From the NCBI GenBank assembly GCA_951406725.2, contig OX597822.1, positions 60,326,001 through 60,390,000 of the forward strand: 64,000 nt of DNA, in the 5' to 3' direction. Below, in pieces: positions 1-13,854 of the stretch. The translations under genes were made by a program, and so were the position numbers. The notes under the pieces were generated by a model, which was not told where the DNA came from, did no database searches, and saw only the letters and a list, made by a program, of their open reading frames with translations. This DNA is from Octopus vulgaris (taxonomy: Eukaryota). Each line of letters begins with the position of its first letter. Position 1 is the first letter of the stretch.

Positions 1-139
1 TTCTATGAAAATCCCTAATTTTTTACGATTTTTTGACTGCTATGTCGCCATTTTTCGGTGTATTTCAACCTTTAGTTTTCAAAAATTCCAATTCTAAAGG
101 GTCACAACAAAACCGAGCAACGCCGAGCTATACTGCTAG
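1..139 (+). mobile_element. 3' end of non-autonomous Helitron
   Basis: Subterminal hairpin CCGAGCAACGCCGAG followed by ...ACTGCTAG|T (CTAG at 136-139); same terminus design as 41385-41410. Confidence 0.7.
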
Positions 140-140
140 T

Positions 141-345
141 ATACATATAAAGCTGAAGTTGTCTGTGTGTGTGTGTGTGTGTGTGGTAGGTTTGGTAGCC
201 TTCAACTAACACTATCTCCTCCGAGACCCTGCGGCGCAAGTTGACCAGAATTAAGAGTATGATAGAAGAAAGCTTGCTCTTCATTCCGTAGAAGAAAAGA
301 ATCAAATCGGACCATGTTAAGACCAAAAATTATTTACATCAAAAA
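141..345 (+). mobile_element. 5' part of a second Helitron-like unit, head-to-tail after the first
   Basis: Starts ATACATATAAAGCTGAAGTTGTCTG(TG)n directly after CTAGT; resembles the 5' layout (TATATAAA..GTTG..TGTG) of the Helitron ending at 41896. Confidence 0.45.
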
Positions 346-348
346 GGT

Positions 349-971
349 GCCCACAAGAGGCTAAACACAGAGGGGACGAACAAGGACAGACAAACGGATT
401 AAATCGATTACATCGACCCCAGTGCGTAACTGGTACTTAATTTATCGACCCTGAAAGGATGAAAGGAAAAGTCGACCTCGGCGGAATTTGAACTCAGAAC
501 ATAAAGACAGATGAAATACCGCTAAGCTTTTCGCCCGGCGTGCTAACGTTTCTTATTTCTCTATTGCCCACAAGGGGCTAAACACAGACAGGACAAACAA
601 GGACAGACAAAGGGATTAAGTCGATTACATCGACTCCAGTGCGTAACTGGTACTTAATTTATAGACCCCGAAAGGATGAAAGGCAAAGTCAATCTCGGCA
701 GAATTTGAACTCAGAATTTAACGGCTGACGAAATACCTATTTCTTTACTACCCACAAGGGGCTAAACACAGAGAGGACAAACAAGGACAGACACACGAAT
801 TAAGTCGATAATATCGACCCCAGTGCGTAACTAGTACTTATTTAATCGACTCCGTAAGGATGAAAGGCAAAGTCGACCTCGGCGGAATTTGAACTCAGAA
901 CGTAACGGCAGACGAAATACCGCTAATCATTTCGCCAGGTGTACTAACGTTTCTGTCAGCTCGCCGCCTTG
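349..971 (-). mobile_element. Multimer (about 3 units) of tRNA-head Meta/MESC-type SINE
   Basis: Repeated reverse complement of GTTCAAATTCCGCCGAGGTCGACTTTGCCTTTCATCCTTTCGGGGTCGAT..AAGTACCAG; A-box-like head at about 940-971. Confidence 0.8.
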
Positions 972-1056
972 CTCGTGGCCAGTATTATTATTGCACGAAC
1001 ACGCACACGCATACAGATGTACACACGTACAGTATGTGGACAGTATTATTATCGCG

Positions 1057-1097
<41 letters not shown>

Positions 1098-1545
1098 AGA
1101 TATACACGCATGCACATACAAGAAAAAAACAACAAGCACAACAACTCATATACAAGTAGAAATAACATTAGGCAAGTGAAGAATGGGTGTAAAATCATTC
1201 ACACATGACAAGTAAACATGAATTACAAACATGAATTTGACCAATTAGCTCCTTTTGCACCTCGTTATAGATTTCTTGTGAAGGAAACCATGACTAATTA
1301 TTTTACTCCCCAAACAACATCTACCGCTCCTCGCTCTCCTGTCTTGCAACCCCTCTTTGTTATCTCCCTTTCATTTTGTCCTCTCCTTTCTCCTTTTCTA
1401 TCTCTCTCTGCGCTGGTTTATTTCTCTATGAAGCTGCATTTTTATGGCTGTGTCATTTTTTTAATGACTTTTCGCAGAAGCAAAAGTATTTTGTTGCTCA
1501 TTGCTGTCTACACGCGTATGAATGTGTAATGGTAGTTACGCGTTT

Positions 1546-1585
<40 letters not shown>

Positions 1586-3532
1586 CGCTGTAATATGGTA
1601 GATACCTGGTATTTGAAGGTAAATATGCTAGATTACAATGGACAATGGTAATTCGAACACACTATACACCTTACTTTATGTTATAACTAATTAGGCAGTG
1701 AATGTACATAACACGTGTTGTAGCTTTTCACTGTATTTTCGCTGTTAGAACACCGTCTTCATGTAGGATGTAAACTGATCGAGGAGATAACATTGATTTA
1801 AAATGTGTAAATTATATGGTCACTACACTAATCAGCTGAGAATCTCGTTCGTCTCGTTTTTAATTTCGAGTTGTCTCCCTTATTGTTGTTCAGTTGACTT
1901 TAACCGTTATTTACCATTGTTTACCTTTCCTCGATATAGCTACACTCTCGATGAATTAAAGCTATTGTAAGCTATAAACGTTATTGTAAAGTTATAATAA
2001 GATATAAACGAGGACTTACAGACTATTGTTTCTTAAACTTTCTCCCCTCGCTACCCCCTTTACTCAGATGAACTTTGTATGTGTTCTTGCCTGGGAAGTT
2101 GACCTACAGTTGTGTCCATAACGAAGAAAATGAGGATCATATTTCATACAATGAACCTCACGGAAATTAAGTGATATCCAATTCAGCAAACAAGCATGAA
2201 CCCTACAATAATTCCCATATAGAAACAAACATAAACGACGACAACAACAGCAACTCAATTGTTTTAATATAAGTATTGATGGTTCAAATAAAGGTCAACT
2301 GGTCGCATTACAGTAGACCCGAAAATATAATAATATAAATAGCGCAATCAAAAGGCATGTTATAATTTCAGAAGAGATGTTTATGCCACAGAAATCTGTC
2401 TTCTGGCGAAATAGCAAATTCTCACGCAGTCATATAAATCATGCAGTCAGTATGTGTAGTTTTTGTTTAGTAGCGAGCGTCACCGAACAAATATTAGTTT
2501 TCATTGCTGTGTATATCTTTGTTGTCGATCTCAGTGAATAATGTTTAATATTAGCGCGCTGAGCGGCTTCATTTAGTTCTCTTTTTCCAGAGTTGTCTAA
2601 CTCGTTCATATAAACAAGCTATCGCATTGGAAATATTTACTCAACAACAATAATACAATACCAAAACAAGAGTAAATACGAAAATGTTAAAACTGCAAGT
2701 TGACGTTAGCTTGGATTCAGATTTGGGAGAATCAACAAATTTGTTTCGGTTTCATTTGTACCCCACTCCCATCTCTACCCGCCAAAACCTCACTACCCAC
2801 CACTGCCACTACTACCCTATTCCACTAATTCCTCACTTATATTTTACCAGTTTATCGCAATTCAAAACTGAAATCTGCCATGTAAACAGCGAATCTCTAT
2901 GACAAACGCCAACGATGTAAACTTTCCTTGGTGACAGGCGTTTTATTGGTAAATTATCCGGAGTAAGAAATAATTGGGCTATTAAGTTGGCTACTCTGTC
3001 CTTCAATGACATTTAATTTCTGGGAAACATTTCGACTGACATATTACTTTCGTCGGTCAATCTAGACGGAATTATCCAGTAATTCTTTCACACTTAAAGA
3101 TTGTCTGCTAAATAATAAACACAATAAATTTATTGTAAGACATCTGCTATTTAGGAAATTTTAACCACTGCCATTACTTTGTTTCTTACACATATCGCTC
3201 AAAAATACTTGTACACAAATACATACACGCACACGCAGGCACAAGCACACAGATACACACATGACTGAGTGGTTAAGAAGTTCGTTTTACAACAATGAGA
3301 TCTCAGGTTCGAATCCATTGCATGGCACCTAGTCAAAAAGAGTTTTGACCGTAATCTCGGGTCGACTTTAGTCTTGCGAGTGAATTTGTGCCGAAGGAAA
3401 CTGTATACACGTTTGTTGGTTACACTGTACTGGTAAGTCAAAAGTTCAGCGTTGCTATGCTGTCACGCTGAGTCTATTTGATATACGATCTCAGAGGCAA
3501 TCAGATGATTGCAACTGTATCCGTCTGTACTA

Positions 3533-3745
3533 CACGAGGGGGTGCTGAAAACTTCCTGGCTTTAAGAGTATAACGAAAGGTCTGGCTGGAGGCCCAACCT
3601 CCCGAGTTCTTTTACAGGGCTTAGAAAAACTGAAGGAACGCTGCAATGTGTGAATCCGAGAGGAGAATATATTGAATAAAACCATAATCAACTTATCCTC
3701 CTGTATTTCCTTTTATCCAAAGCGAGGAACTTTTCAGCAACCCCT
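3533..3745. mobile_element. Mariner-type MITE
   Basis: TA followed by TIR CACGAGGGGGTGCTGAAAACTTCCTGGCTTT, with inverted copy AAAGCGAGGAACTTTTCAGCAACCCCT. Confidence 0.6.
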
Positions 3746-5822
3746 TTTTTCGGTAACTCCTATGTATCCCCAAGAGTGACAAAACTACGAAAGCAGTGTT
3801 TATTGTTTGCAGACGCACGTGGTACTCGGATAACTGTTTTTGGCTGCGAAGAATTCGAGTAATGTTATTGGTCGGAAAAAATAAAATGGTTCGCAAAAGA
3901 AATTTCACGTTAAATTTTATAGTTATAAACGCTTGCACGACACAGTGATACTCTCTGAATGTTTGAAGCCGTTAAGAAAAAGAAAGTAAGGTAACTAGAG
4001 CCTACAAACATTGCAGATTTCAAGTATGGCTATTCGACTCCCATGTGCATTTACATACGCATATAATAATCGTTGAATTTCCTGAATTTATGTGGCCTTT
4101 GACAAGTTATGTTCTTCCCGTAGAGTATCCAAACATTGTCTTTCTCACCAATCAACTTTGGTGAAGTTGCAGATTTAGCATGGGATTACATGCTGTCTGT
4201 AGTGTTCACAAACCTGAGGAGTTATTAGAGCGGCAGATACAATGCCTTGTGGTAATGTGGTATTTATTTCAGTTTTCTCCACTGTGAATCCACATCCCGC
4301 CGAGGTCACCTTCGCTTTTCATTCTTTCGAGCTCTACAGATATAATGTCAATCTGAGCCAAAACATTAGAGCGTCGGAGGGGATACCTTGCGAATATGGT
4401 GGGTGGGACATCGTTAAGCTCTTAGGTAACAGATTTACTTAATCACACGGTTTAACATCAACAACTAGTCCTGGGTGTCTTTAACAAAATCCAACCGTTG
4501 GGACCAAGTCTCTAGACTGATGACAGCTCAATAGTCATAATTTATACTCCCTTTCCATCCTTCATCAGTCAGAATGCTCTTCTGAAAAATGGTCGCGCAG
4601 TCGTCTCCTTTTCTCTTCTGACTGTACCATAAACACCAATAGAATTATCTTATTATGTACGTATAGTATGTCATCGTTATCTAATCGTTGATTGTATCTT
4701 AATACATGTGTCTAGCATGTCAATATTATTCAAGTCAAGAGTATTAGTGTAATGTTTGTGTATGTACCTTATCACACTCTTAGTCAATAATGGTTTTCTA
4801 AAATATATGTGTGTATAATGTCATTATTTACTGAATCATTAGTAGTTTCCTAATATGCGCACTGAAGCATCGCTATGGCCTAAAGACAGAGGAGGGCGAT
4901 GATAGATAGAGGAGGGCCATTCATAGTCTTAAAAGTTTTTGTTTTATCGAGCATGAATGAACGAAAACCACATTCCCACTCGACCCTAACTGAATGTGAT
5001 ACAGTCAATTTGTTCCCATAATGCATCTAGTTCGGTTCTACCACAGTCACAGATAATTTCAATGTCAAAGTTTGTTGAAGCAAAGAATTCTTGCAAAAAC
5101 ACATCACTTCAGAGAACGGACTATGATAATATTCTGCCATATTAATACTTTCCTCAAGCAGCCATATTCGCTGCAATGTTGGGGGTGCAATGGCTTTACT
5201 GAGAAAATCGGATCTGAACACAACTGACTCTGAACTTATCTCTACAACACGAGACAGCTTTCTTAACTAATTGTTTCTTACATAAAATCAAGACTCCCAT
5301 TGAAGTAAGAAAGAAACCGAAGTTTCGTACAATTCAAGTATTTTTAATGTCAAGTGCAGTTGCGTTATAACTGAGGTGAATGAATGGGATTATTTTGTTG
5401 TTGCTTTTGTTGCTTAGTCATAAGTTGATACTAATCAGGAAAATTTACAGTAAAAGATATTCCAGTCGCGACCATCCCGTCTTGTTTTCAGTAATAGTGA
5501 AGCCATGCAAGCATTTATATAATTATTTAATTATAACTAGGGAGGAGAATAATGAACTGTATAATAGCTACCCCATCCAGCTGGTACTACTCAAGTGTAA
5601 ACCCTTCCGCCAGGAAATAACGTCTTTATAGTAGTGTTTAATTACACTGTTAGGTTGTACCCTTACAACACCAGTACAGGACTTTAAGTATTTCTTTTTA
5701 CGCCTAGGAAGTCACAACATTTGACCAATCACATTGCGTTATTGTTCAAGAGATTGCATTAAAGAAATCTATATAGCGGAAACTTGTAAGTAGCACATAC
5801 ATTTAAGGAACAACAACAACAA

Positions 5823-6009
5823 CTCTCTTTTACTTGTTTCAGTCATTTGCCTGTGGCCATGCTGGAGCACCGCCTTTAGTCGAGCAAATCGACCCCAGGA
5901 CTTATTCTTTGTAAGCCTTAGTACATATTCTAACGGTCGCTTTTGCCGGACCGCTAAGTTACGGGGACCTAAACACACCAGCTTCGGTTGTCAAGCGATG
6001 TTGGGAGGA

Positions 6010-6070
<61 letters not shown>

Positions 6071-6244
6071 ACATATATATATACGACGGACTTCTTTCAG
6101 TTTCCGTCTACCAAATCCACTCACAAGGCTTTGGTTGGCCTGAAGCTATAGAAGACACTTGCCCAAGGTGCCACGGAGTGGGACTGAACCCGAAACCATG
6201 TGGCTGGTAAGCAAGCTACTTACCACACAGCCACTCCTGCGCCT
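5823..6244 (-). mobile_element. tRNA-head CORE-like SINE with internal (CA)n
   Basis: A/B-box head, CORE-like CACCTTGGGCAAGTGTCTT, tail ..ATGACTGAAACAAGTAAAAGAG; sister copies at 39668-40110, 46846-46984 and 61099-61440. Confidence 0.8.
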
Positions 6245-6487
6245 AATAATGATAATGACTTCAAATTTTAGTACAAAGCCAGCAAGTTCGAGAGAGGGGT
6301 TAAGTTGATTACATCAGCCCCCACTGTTCAACTGGTACTTATTTTATCAACCACGAAACGAGGAAAGGCAAAATCAACCTCGTTGGAATTTGAACACAAG
6401 CGGTAAAGAAAACGAAAATGCCGCTAAGCATTTCGTCCAGCATGCTAACGATTCTGTCAATTCGCCGCCTTAATAATAATAATAATA

Positions 6488-6522
<35 letters not shown>

Positions 6523-7480
6523 ATGCCCTGATGCAGTACCAGACAGTGGTTCTCGTGGCTTCTGATCTTAACTGCTTGGAAATGTTATCATATACCTTGT
6601 TTTGTCTTGGTATGGATGGAAGCACTCCGTCGGTTACGACGATGACGGTTCCGGTTGATCCGAATCAACGGAACAGCCTGCTCGTGAAATTAACGTGTAA
6701 GTGGCTGAACACTCCACAGACACGTGTACCCTTAACGTAGTTCTCGGGGATATTCAGCGTGACACAGAGAGTGACAAGGCCGGCCCTTTGAAAATACAGG
6801 TACAACAGAAACAGGAAGTAGGAGTGAGAGAAAGTTGTGGTGAAAGAGTACAGCAGGGATCACCAACATCCCCTGCCGGAGCCTCGTGGAGCTTTTAGGT
6901 GTTTTCGCTCAATAAACACTTACAACGCCCGGTCTGGGAATCGAAACCGCGATCCTATGACCGCGAGTCCGCTGCCCTAACCACTGGGCCATTGCGCCTC
7001 CACTGTCTTGGTATAAAAGATGGGCTACAGCAAATATTCGGCCCAATACAACAGAATTGCTTGTCAGTTGCTTGACATTAACCAGTTGAGCACATCCCTT
7101 AGTGGCTGACGATATGTGCATCTCTGATCACAAGCAGAAGTTGTGATGGAGCATCATAGCCGTGTGTTGAAAGGAATTCTTAGAGGTATGGATAATTCAC
7201 CCTTGGAAACGTGGGTGGTTCGTTCAACATCCTTAAACAATCCTTATTCGGGGACCTTTTGAGCGGGATGGGCTACTCGACCAGAAGAAAATTCTAACTG
7301 GGCCCCACCTGCAAGGTCATGTACTGTTTATCTTGATATGAGATCACCATGTCGCGCAGATTTGGTTGTGATGCATGTGCCTGGTGTACCCTTACCAGAC
7401 GGGTAGTCATGATGGGTATACTGGGCTTCGTATATTTTACCCCAGTGTCACTTTGATGGCATGCACTGCTCTCTCACTCA
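6523..7480 (+). mobile_element. About 540-bp (TAA)n-flanked non-autonomous element, interrupted by a SINE
   Basis: Ends ATGCCCTGATGCAGTACC... and ...CACTGCTCTCTCACTCA; near-identical inverted copies at 50425-50962 and 51323-51841, all between TAA/TGA repeats. Confidence 0.75.
6614..7003 (-). mobile_element. Full-length tRNA-derived SINE with 11-bp TSD
   Basis: Head GGAGGCGCAATGGCCCAGTGGTTAG..GGTTTCGATTCCC; TSD TGTCTTGGTAT at 6603-6613 and 7004-7014. Confidence 0.9.
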
Positions 7481-7575
7481 ATAATAATAATGATAATAAT
7501 AATAATAATAATAATAATTTGTATGTATGTATGTATGTATGTATGTATGTATGTATGTATGTATGTATGTATGTA

Positions 7576-7624
<49 letters not shown>

Positions 7625-7960
7625 ATGTATGTATGTATGTATGTATGTATGTATGTGTGTGAATGTATGTATGTATGTAAGTCAACTCGTGACCTGGTAA
7701 GACTGCTTTCTCTTAAACTCAACAAGTCCGTGCAAACGTTCCGAGAGTCCATGAATTTCTGGTGCGTGAATTTGTTTTGAGAGGGTAAAGTGTTACACAA
7801 TACTGAATCCACTTTGCTGCGAAATTAACTATAAAAGTAGTGTTACAACAGGGATTGCGAAGAAACCGACAGCAGTTCAGGTTTATTTATATGAGTTTAC
7901 CTTCTCCTAAAAGCAACTTGTTATGAGGACAAGGGGTTCTTCACTCCCAGTGGTTGACAT

Positions 7961-8202
7961 ATTCTTTTCTACTCTAGGCACAAGGCCTGAAATTTTGGAG
8001 GAGGGGCAGACGAAATACCACTGAGCATTTCGCCCGGCGTGCTAACGTTTCTGCCAGCTTGCCGCCTTAAAAAATATTCTTTTCTACTCTAGGCACAAGA
8101 CCCGAAATTTTGGGAGGAGGAGGGTCAGTCGATTAGATCAGCCCCAGTACGCAACTGGTACTTAATTTATCGATCCCCGAAAGGATGAAAGGCAAGGTCG
8201 AC
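7961..8202 (-). mobile_element. Permuted dimeric Meta-type SINE insertion with 17-bp TSD
   Basis: Flanked by CTCCCAGTG(G/A)TTGACAT at 7944-7960 and 8203-8219; internal order body-tail-head-tail. Confidence 0.7.
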
Positions 8203-8401
8203 CTCCCAGTGATTGACATGTTGATTAACCTATAACTGAGACGCTAACAGGTGTTACGACTCCGAACCACAGTCGATCCGGTAACAATAGTGTCTAAGAG
8301 GGGTGATTCATCACTCTTCAAAACCTTGGTTCACTCGAACCAGAGCCCCACTACCGGATGCTGTTTAAAGTCATAACCAGGACACATACATGTGTGCGCG
8401 C

Positions 8402-8630
8402 GTGTCTTGTTGCTGGACATAGAGTCTTCCAGCAACCACCATCTTGACCAGGGCAGCACTACCTCCTGCAGGCACTTGATGTAGGCCTCCGTGTTGAGTC
8501 TGAGGTCGTGTGGGAATACGAATGGAGGCAAAACGTCGCCATCACTAATGGTCACTTTAAACACCATGATGGTGACTGGATGTTTGATCTTTATCACTCT
8601 CAGTATATGTTTTAGGGATACGGCAAACTG
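8402..8630 (-). pseudogene. IS630/Tc1/mariner-superfamily transposase fragment
   Basis: Translates KHPVTIMVFKVTISDGDVLPPFVFPHDLRLNTEAYIKCLQEVVLPW, then a frameshifted YVQQQD segment typical of the DDE domain. Confidence 0.7.
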
Positions 8631-8772
8631 TCATGGTGCTGTTTTTTTCTCACAGACGGTGCCCAACTGACCCTATTATACTGTGTAGTCGACAAAATCA
8701 TAAACAAACAATGCACATGCGCGAAATTAAAAATATGAAATGGCGACAATTTACCCACCGCACCCTATATAT

Positions 8773-8822
<50 letters not shown>

Positions 8823-9123
8823 CATACACACATGCCCACACGCATACTCATACACACACACACACACACATACACACACTCATTCAGATACACACAAGCG
8901 TGCGCGCACACACACACAGACGTATGTTCAAAAAGTAAGACTGGAGACTATAGCATTTTTGTATATAAACATCGTGAGCATTATTATAGACTCTGAGACC
9001 TGTAGAATGAAATTTCGCAATAATAACCCAAATTCTTCTCACAGGCTTTTTTTCACACTGTAATGGAACATATGGACTTCCAATTCAATGGTTGTGTCGT
9101 GCACCTCAACAGGCACTTTATAA

Positions 9124-9167
<44 letters not shown>

Positions 9168-9323
9168 GCGTGTGTATGTGAGTGTGTATGTGAGTGTATG
9201 TATGTATGTATATATATATATGTGTCAGTGTATTACTCCTTTTTTAACATTTGCGTTATTCTTTGATTGTGGATATCTATGGCAATATGATCAAAATTAC
9301 ACACACACATACACACACACACA

Positions 9324-9382
<59 letters not shown>

Positions 9383-10371
9383 ACACATGCACACGCAGAT
9401 ACACAGGCACACACACACACACACACATACACAGACACACACACATACACAGACACACACACAAGCATAGACACACACAGACATACATATGTGTAACGTT
9501 ATCTTTTCCCCTAACCCCAACGACACTCATATTTGACCACTACCCCCACCACCACAAACAAGTACAACAACAACAACAACAACAACCACCAACACCACCA
9601 CCACCCACCTGCCACCAGTAATAGAATTTCATGTAAGAACGCTGAAAACAGGTCAGAGTCTGTTATTACAGTAATGTATATATATCCTCCTCCACTTAAC
9701 TTACTTTGTGATGATAGTTGTAGTAACGGTGGTGGTGGTGGTGGTGGTGGTGAAGCAATTGGTGATGGATAGCGTGGAGATGGATGTGGTAGTGGAAACG
9801 ATTGTGGTTGGGAGGATGGTGGTGATGGTGGTGATGATGGCGGTGTTGGCAGCAATAATAACAGTTTGATGGATAATAGTAAAATTAATGGTTTTGGTTT
9901 CGGTGGTGGCACTGGTATGTCAGTCTGGATCCAGCAATGCTTTAATCAAAGGCAGTTTAGCCATGGCCATCCCCACTATTTTTAGGAGAATGGTCAGCAT
10001 TATATTATTCAAACTGTGTTTTCCGTAATGAAACTAGTAGGGTGTGTGGTTTGATGGAGATTTGGTTGCTATTTCCAGCTACCTCACTGGTTAAATGAAG
10101 ACTCTTTGTTTTAGTTCGAGAGGTCGAACTGAACGCGCACAGGAACATGTGAGGGCGCATCTGTGCCGAGAAAGATAACGAATCTTTCATTTTAGAATTC
10201 ACAATTATGTAATTTCTATATTAAATTAATGGCTTAATATTTTCCCGAGACACGTTGACGGTGTATGCTACAGTTACAAATTTGAATATCTGGGGTATTT
10301 CATACCTGAATGAAAAGTAACTAGACTTGTTGCTCTGAGACTGCCTGCTATTGGTTGATGGTTGGTGGTTA

Positions 10372-10964
10372 CGGTGAGCTGGTCAAAGTATAGATGTTGG
10401 TTTTAGCATGCTGGGCGAAATGCTTAGCGGTATTTCGTCTGCCGTTACGTTCTGAGTTCAAATTCCGCCGAGGTCGACTTTGCCTTTCATCCTTTCGGGG
10501 TCGATTAAATAAGTACCAGTTACGGATTGATGTAGATATAATTGACTTAATCCGTTTGTCTGTCCTTGTTTGTCCCGTCTGTGTTTAGCCCCTTGTGGGT
10601 AGTAAAGAAATAGGTATTTCGTCTGCCGCTACGTTCTTAGTTCAAATTCCGCCGAGGTTGACTTTGCTTTTTACAGACTGGGGTCGATGTAATCGACTTA
10701 ATCCGTTTGTCTGTCCTTGTTTGTCCTGTCTGTGTTTAGCCCCTTGTGGGTAGTAAAGAAATAGGTATTTCGTCTGCCGCTACGTTCTGAGTTCAAATTC
10801 CGCTGAGATCGACTTTGCCTTTCATTTTTTCGGGGTCGATAAATAAAGTACTAGTTGTGTACAAAGTCGACCTCGACGGAATTTGAACTCAGAACGTAAC
10901 GGCAGACGAAATACGGCTGCGCATTTCGCCCGGCGTGCTAACGTTTCTGCCAGCTCGCCACCTT
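10372..10964. mobile_element. Meta-type SINE multimer (+, 10372-10858) abutting an inverted SINE head (-, 10863-10964)
   Basis: Junctions GAAATAGGTATTTC at 10607-10620 and 10758-10771; orientation switches near 10860. Confidence 0.8.
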
Positions 10965-11727
10965 TGTCAATAAATAAATATTACAGCCTCCAATGTATTG
11001 ATTTGCTGACGGGTTGCATACATTACTGTTACGATTGCCTTCATGTATGGTGATGATAATATAGTTACCCAGTTACCGCCTTACTGATTACGACCATTAC
11101 AGCTATACCTCACTGTCTAGTATCGCAGCGGCATTGTCTTCTATTGCCAATTATATATGTATACACGTGTAAGCGAGGGCGATTGGCGTAGTCGCTAGGG
11201 TGTTGCACTCACAATCGCGAGACCATAGTTTCAAGTGTGGGACCGGGATTACAATCGTCAACTGACGTATGGTACACCGTGCACCAGTCCAGGCAATGAT
11301 GATTTAATGGAGGGTGCGAGCTAATGTACAGCGCATGCATTCGATCCCTAAGTAAATCACTTGTGTAGAATGTTCAGCAAAAAATTGCAGGATCGTCTTT
11401 CTCTGCTTACGAGAGACTACCATCATGTGTGTGCGTGTGTGTGGTCAAGTGCTTGTTCATTGGTTTACGTTTTCGCGTTTATTCATTGGATGCCGTTTTC
11501 CTAGCCTCTTCATTGGTTGTTACTAGCATACTTTAACACATACATAGATATGCCAAACTGTATGCATATATACATGCACACATGCATACATACTAACATA
11601 CATATATACATACAAACGTACATACATACATATATACATATATATATATACATACATGGATAATATACACACATACTTGTCTAATATGCTTGTGCATAGC
11701 ATAGAGGCATAAATACATAACTTCATA

Positions 11728-12292
11728 TTGGGTTGTCTGGAAAGTTCGTGTCAATTTTTAAAGGAAAGAAAAGGTCAATAAATACTTGCCATTTCATTTT
11801 TAATCAACCGAATATGAACCATTTTGTTGCACAATGCGTCTCCATCTTTCTTTTAACTTGAAAATAACCTATTCCCAGAATTGAGGTGGTTTCATGGCAA
11901 AGAATTCATCAAGGTATCTTTTTACGTCATCCAAGGAATTGAATTTTTTATCATTAAGATTATTCTGCAGAGACCTGAATAAGTGGAAATCCGAAGGAGC
12001 AATATCTGGGGAATATGGAGGCTGGGGTAACACATCCCAGCCGAACTGCAGCAATTTTTGTCTGGTTCCCAAAGCATCAAGAGCCGAAAATGAACTTTCT
12101 TATCTTCCACTTTAAAGGGTTACAGAATTAACACAGTTTATAGGAACATAAACCTTCTTCCACAAAAAGATAGCTTAAACTGTACTCTAAATGGAGGTGT
12201 AGTTAAATCTTATTTTATGGACTCAGCCATGTTCTAAAATAAGTCGAAAGGTAAGCTACTATAAATCGGCTCGAACATTCCGGACAGCCCAA
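11728..12292 (-). mobile_element. Non-autonomous mariner (MITE-like) with transposase C-terminal remnant
   Basis: TIR TTGGGTTGTCYGGAAAGTTCG / CGAACATTCCGGACAGCCCAA, TA on both sides; ORF 11869-12072 has PPYSPDIAPSDFHLF (mariner YSPDLAPxD motif). Confidence 0.9.
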
Positions 12293-12799
12293 TAATTACT
12301 GACGACAAGCTCATGTACACTTTACAAATTCAATGTGTAAGAGGAAAAATTTTAATATTCAGTATTGTTTGGCTATTTGAATGACAGCAATGGTATTTCG
12401 TTTCTTTATTACGAAGCTCCTTTTTCTTAATGATAAATATGCAGGCAATGTTATAGGTGGGTTAGTCGTTAAGTTAATCACCTATATATTCTTCAAAATC
12501 AGTAGGAACTTAACTGCCTCAAAGCAGTTAATCTCGTACTTACCTAGCCATTTTATAAATTCATATATGTACTTGTAACCATGGATCTATTTAACTATGT
12601 TCCTAGGTGCTTAAGCAATAAACTCGAAATGCTAAGATTTCAGGCAAAGAAGTAGACTAGCTGACACATTCTGCAAATTTAATCTGTAATTGGAAGAGGG
12701 AAAATATGCAAGACCTTATTAAAATCTGACTTGTAAGTCCTTGCTATTGTTGCTCTCTAAATGTCAATGATATATAACTAAATGATATACAACTATATA

Positions 12800-12875
<76 letters not shown>

Positions 12876-13795
12876 GCCCCTTTCTTCGTAGACTGCATTC
12901 AAAGATTAAAAAGGAAAACATAGATACCTAACTTACATACTAATAAATATATTTACAACCTTTCATAAATAACTTACATGCATGAATACTTTACAAGCAT
13001 ATATATATATACATTGTTTATATATATGTATGTATGTACGTATTATATACATTCCTTTCAAGCATACATACATACTTTCGTACATATATACAAATATACA
13101 TGCATACACACATACCTATGTAAATATATCAAGATGTATGGAAGGTTAGAAATATATCAATTTCTAATATTGACACACAGTCACATATTTGTACAGAAAC
13201 GGGTATAGTATTGGTTACAACAACTTTCAGCATGCTTATTTTACTAAAACGTGAAGGTGGAAAAGGCAAAGACGATATTGCAAGGTTTGGCCTTAGATGA
13301 TAAATGGACATGTCTAAACTGTACGATATTTCGTCTGATTTTCTACCGATTCTACTATTTATATCTCGGCTCCAGGAAATACAGCCTTTTATAGAATTAA
13401 TTCATACGCTGTATAATGTCTAATGTATTTTCATCATATATATATCAACCAAATCAAACATCAGCTGAGGATATATCCTGGATATTTGACTTAGTTTTAC
13501 CTTGAGCTCCGGGATTCATAACACCGGAACGTAAACTGGACGCCGATCGCTATTGCTGGAACTCATTTTGCAGCTGAGTGGACTGGAGCAACGTGTAATG
13601 AAGTGCTTTGCTGAAGAACACAACATGCCATCCATTCTGGGATCGAAACCACGATGTTTTGATCATGGATATTGGATGACATATAATTGTGATGCTTTGA
13701 ATGTCTGATCCGTAGGATTATAACCTTACGAATATTCCAGGATAAAATATTTGTTTTTATAGATAAAAGATATGTTGTTACATGAGAGTATCTTG

Positions 13796-13854
<59 letters not shown>

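Noticed and set aside
5027-5221. 64-aa non-repetitive ORF
   Set aside because: No recognisable motif or splice signals in any frame.
13232-13300. MLILLKREGGKGKDDIARFGLR as the missing PDZ exon 1
   Set aside because: It ends in a stop, lacks the WGFRL.GG motif and has no phase-0 donor; exon 1 is probably upstream of the window.
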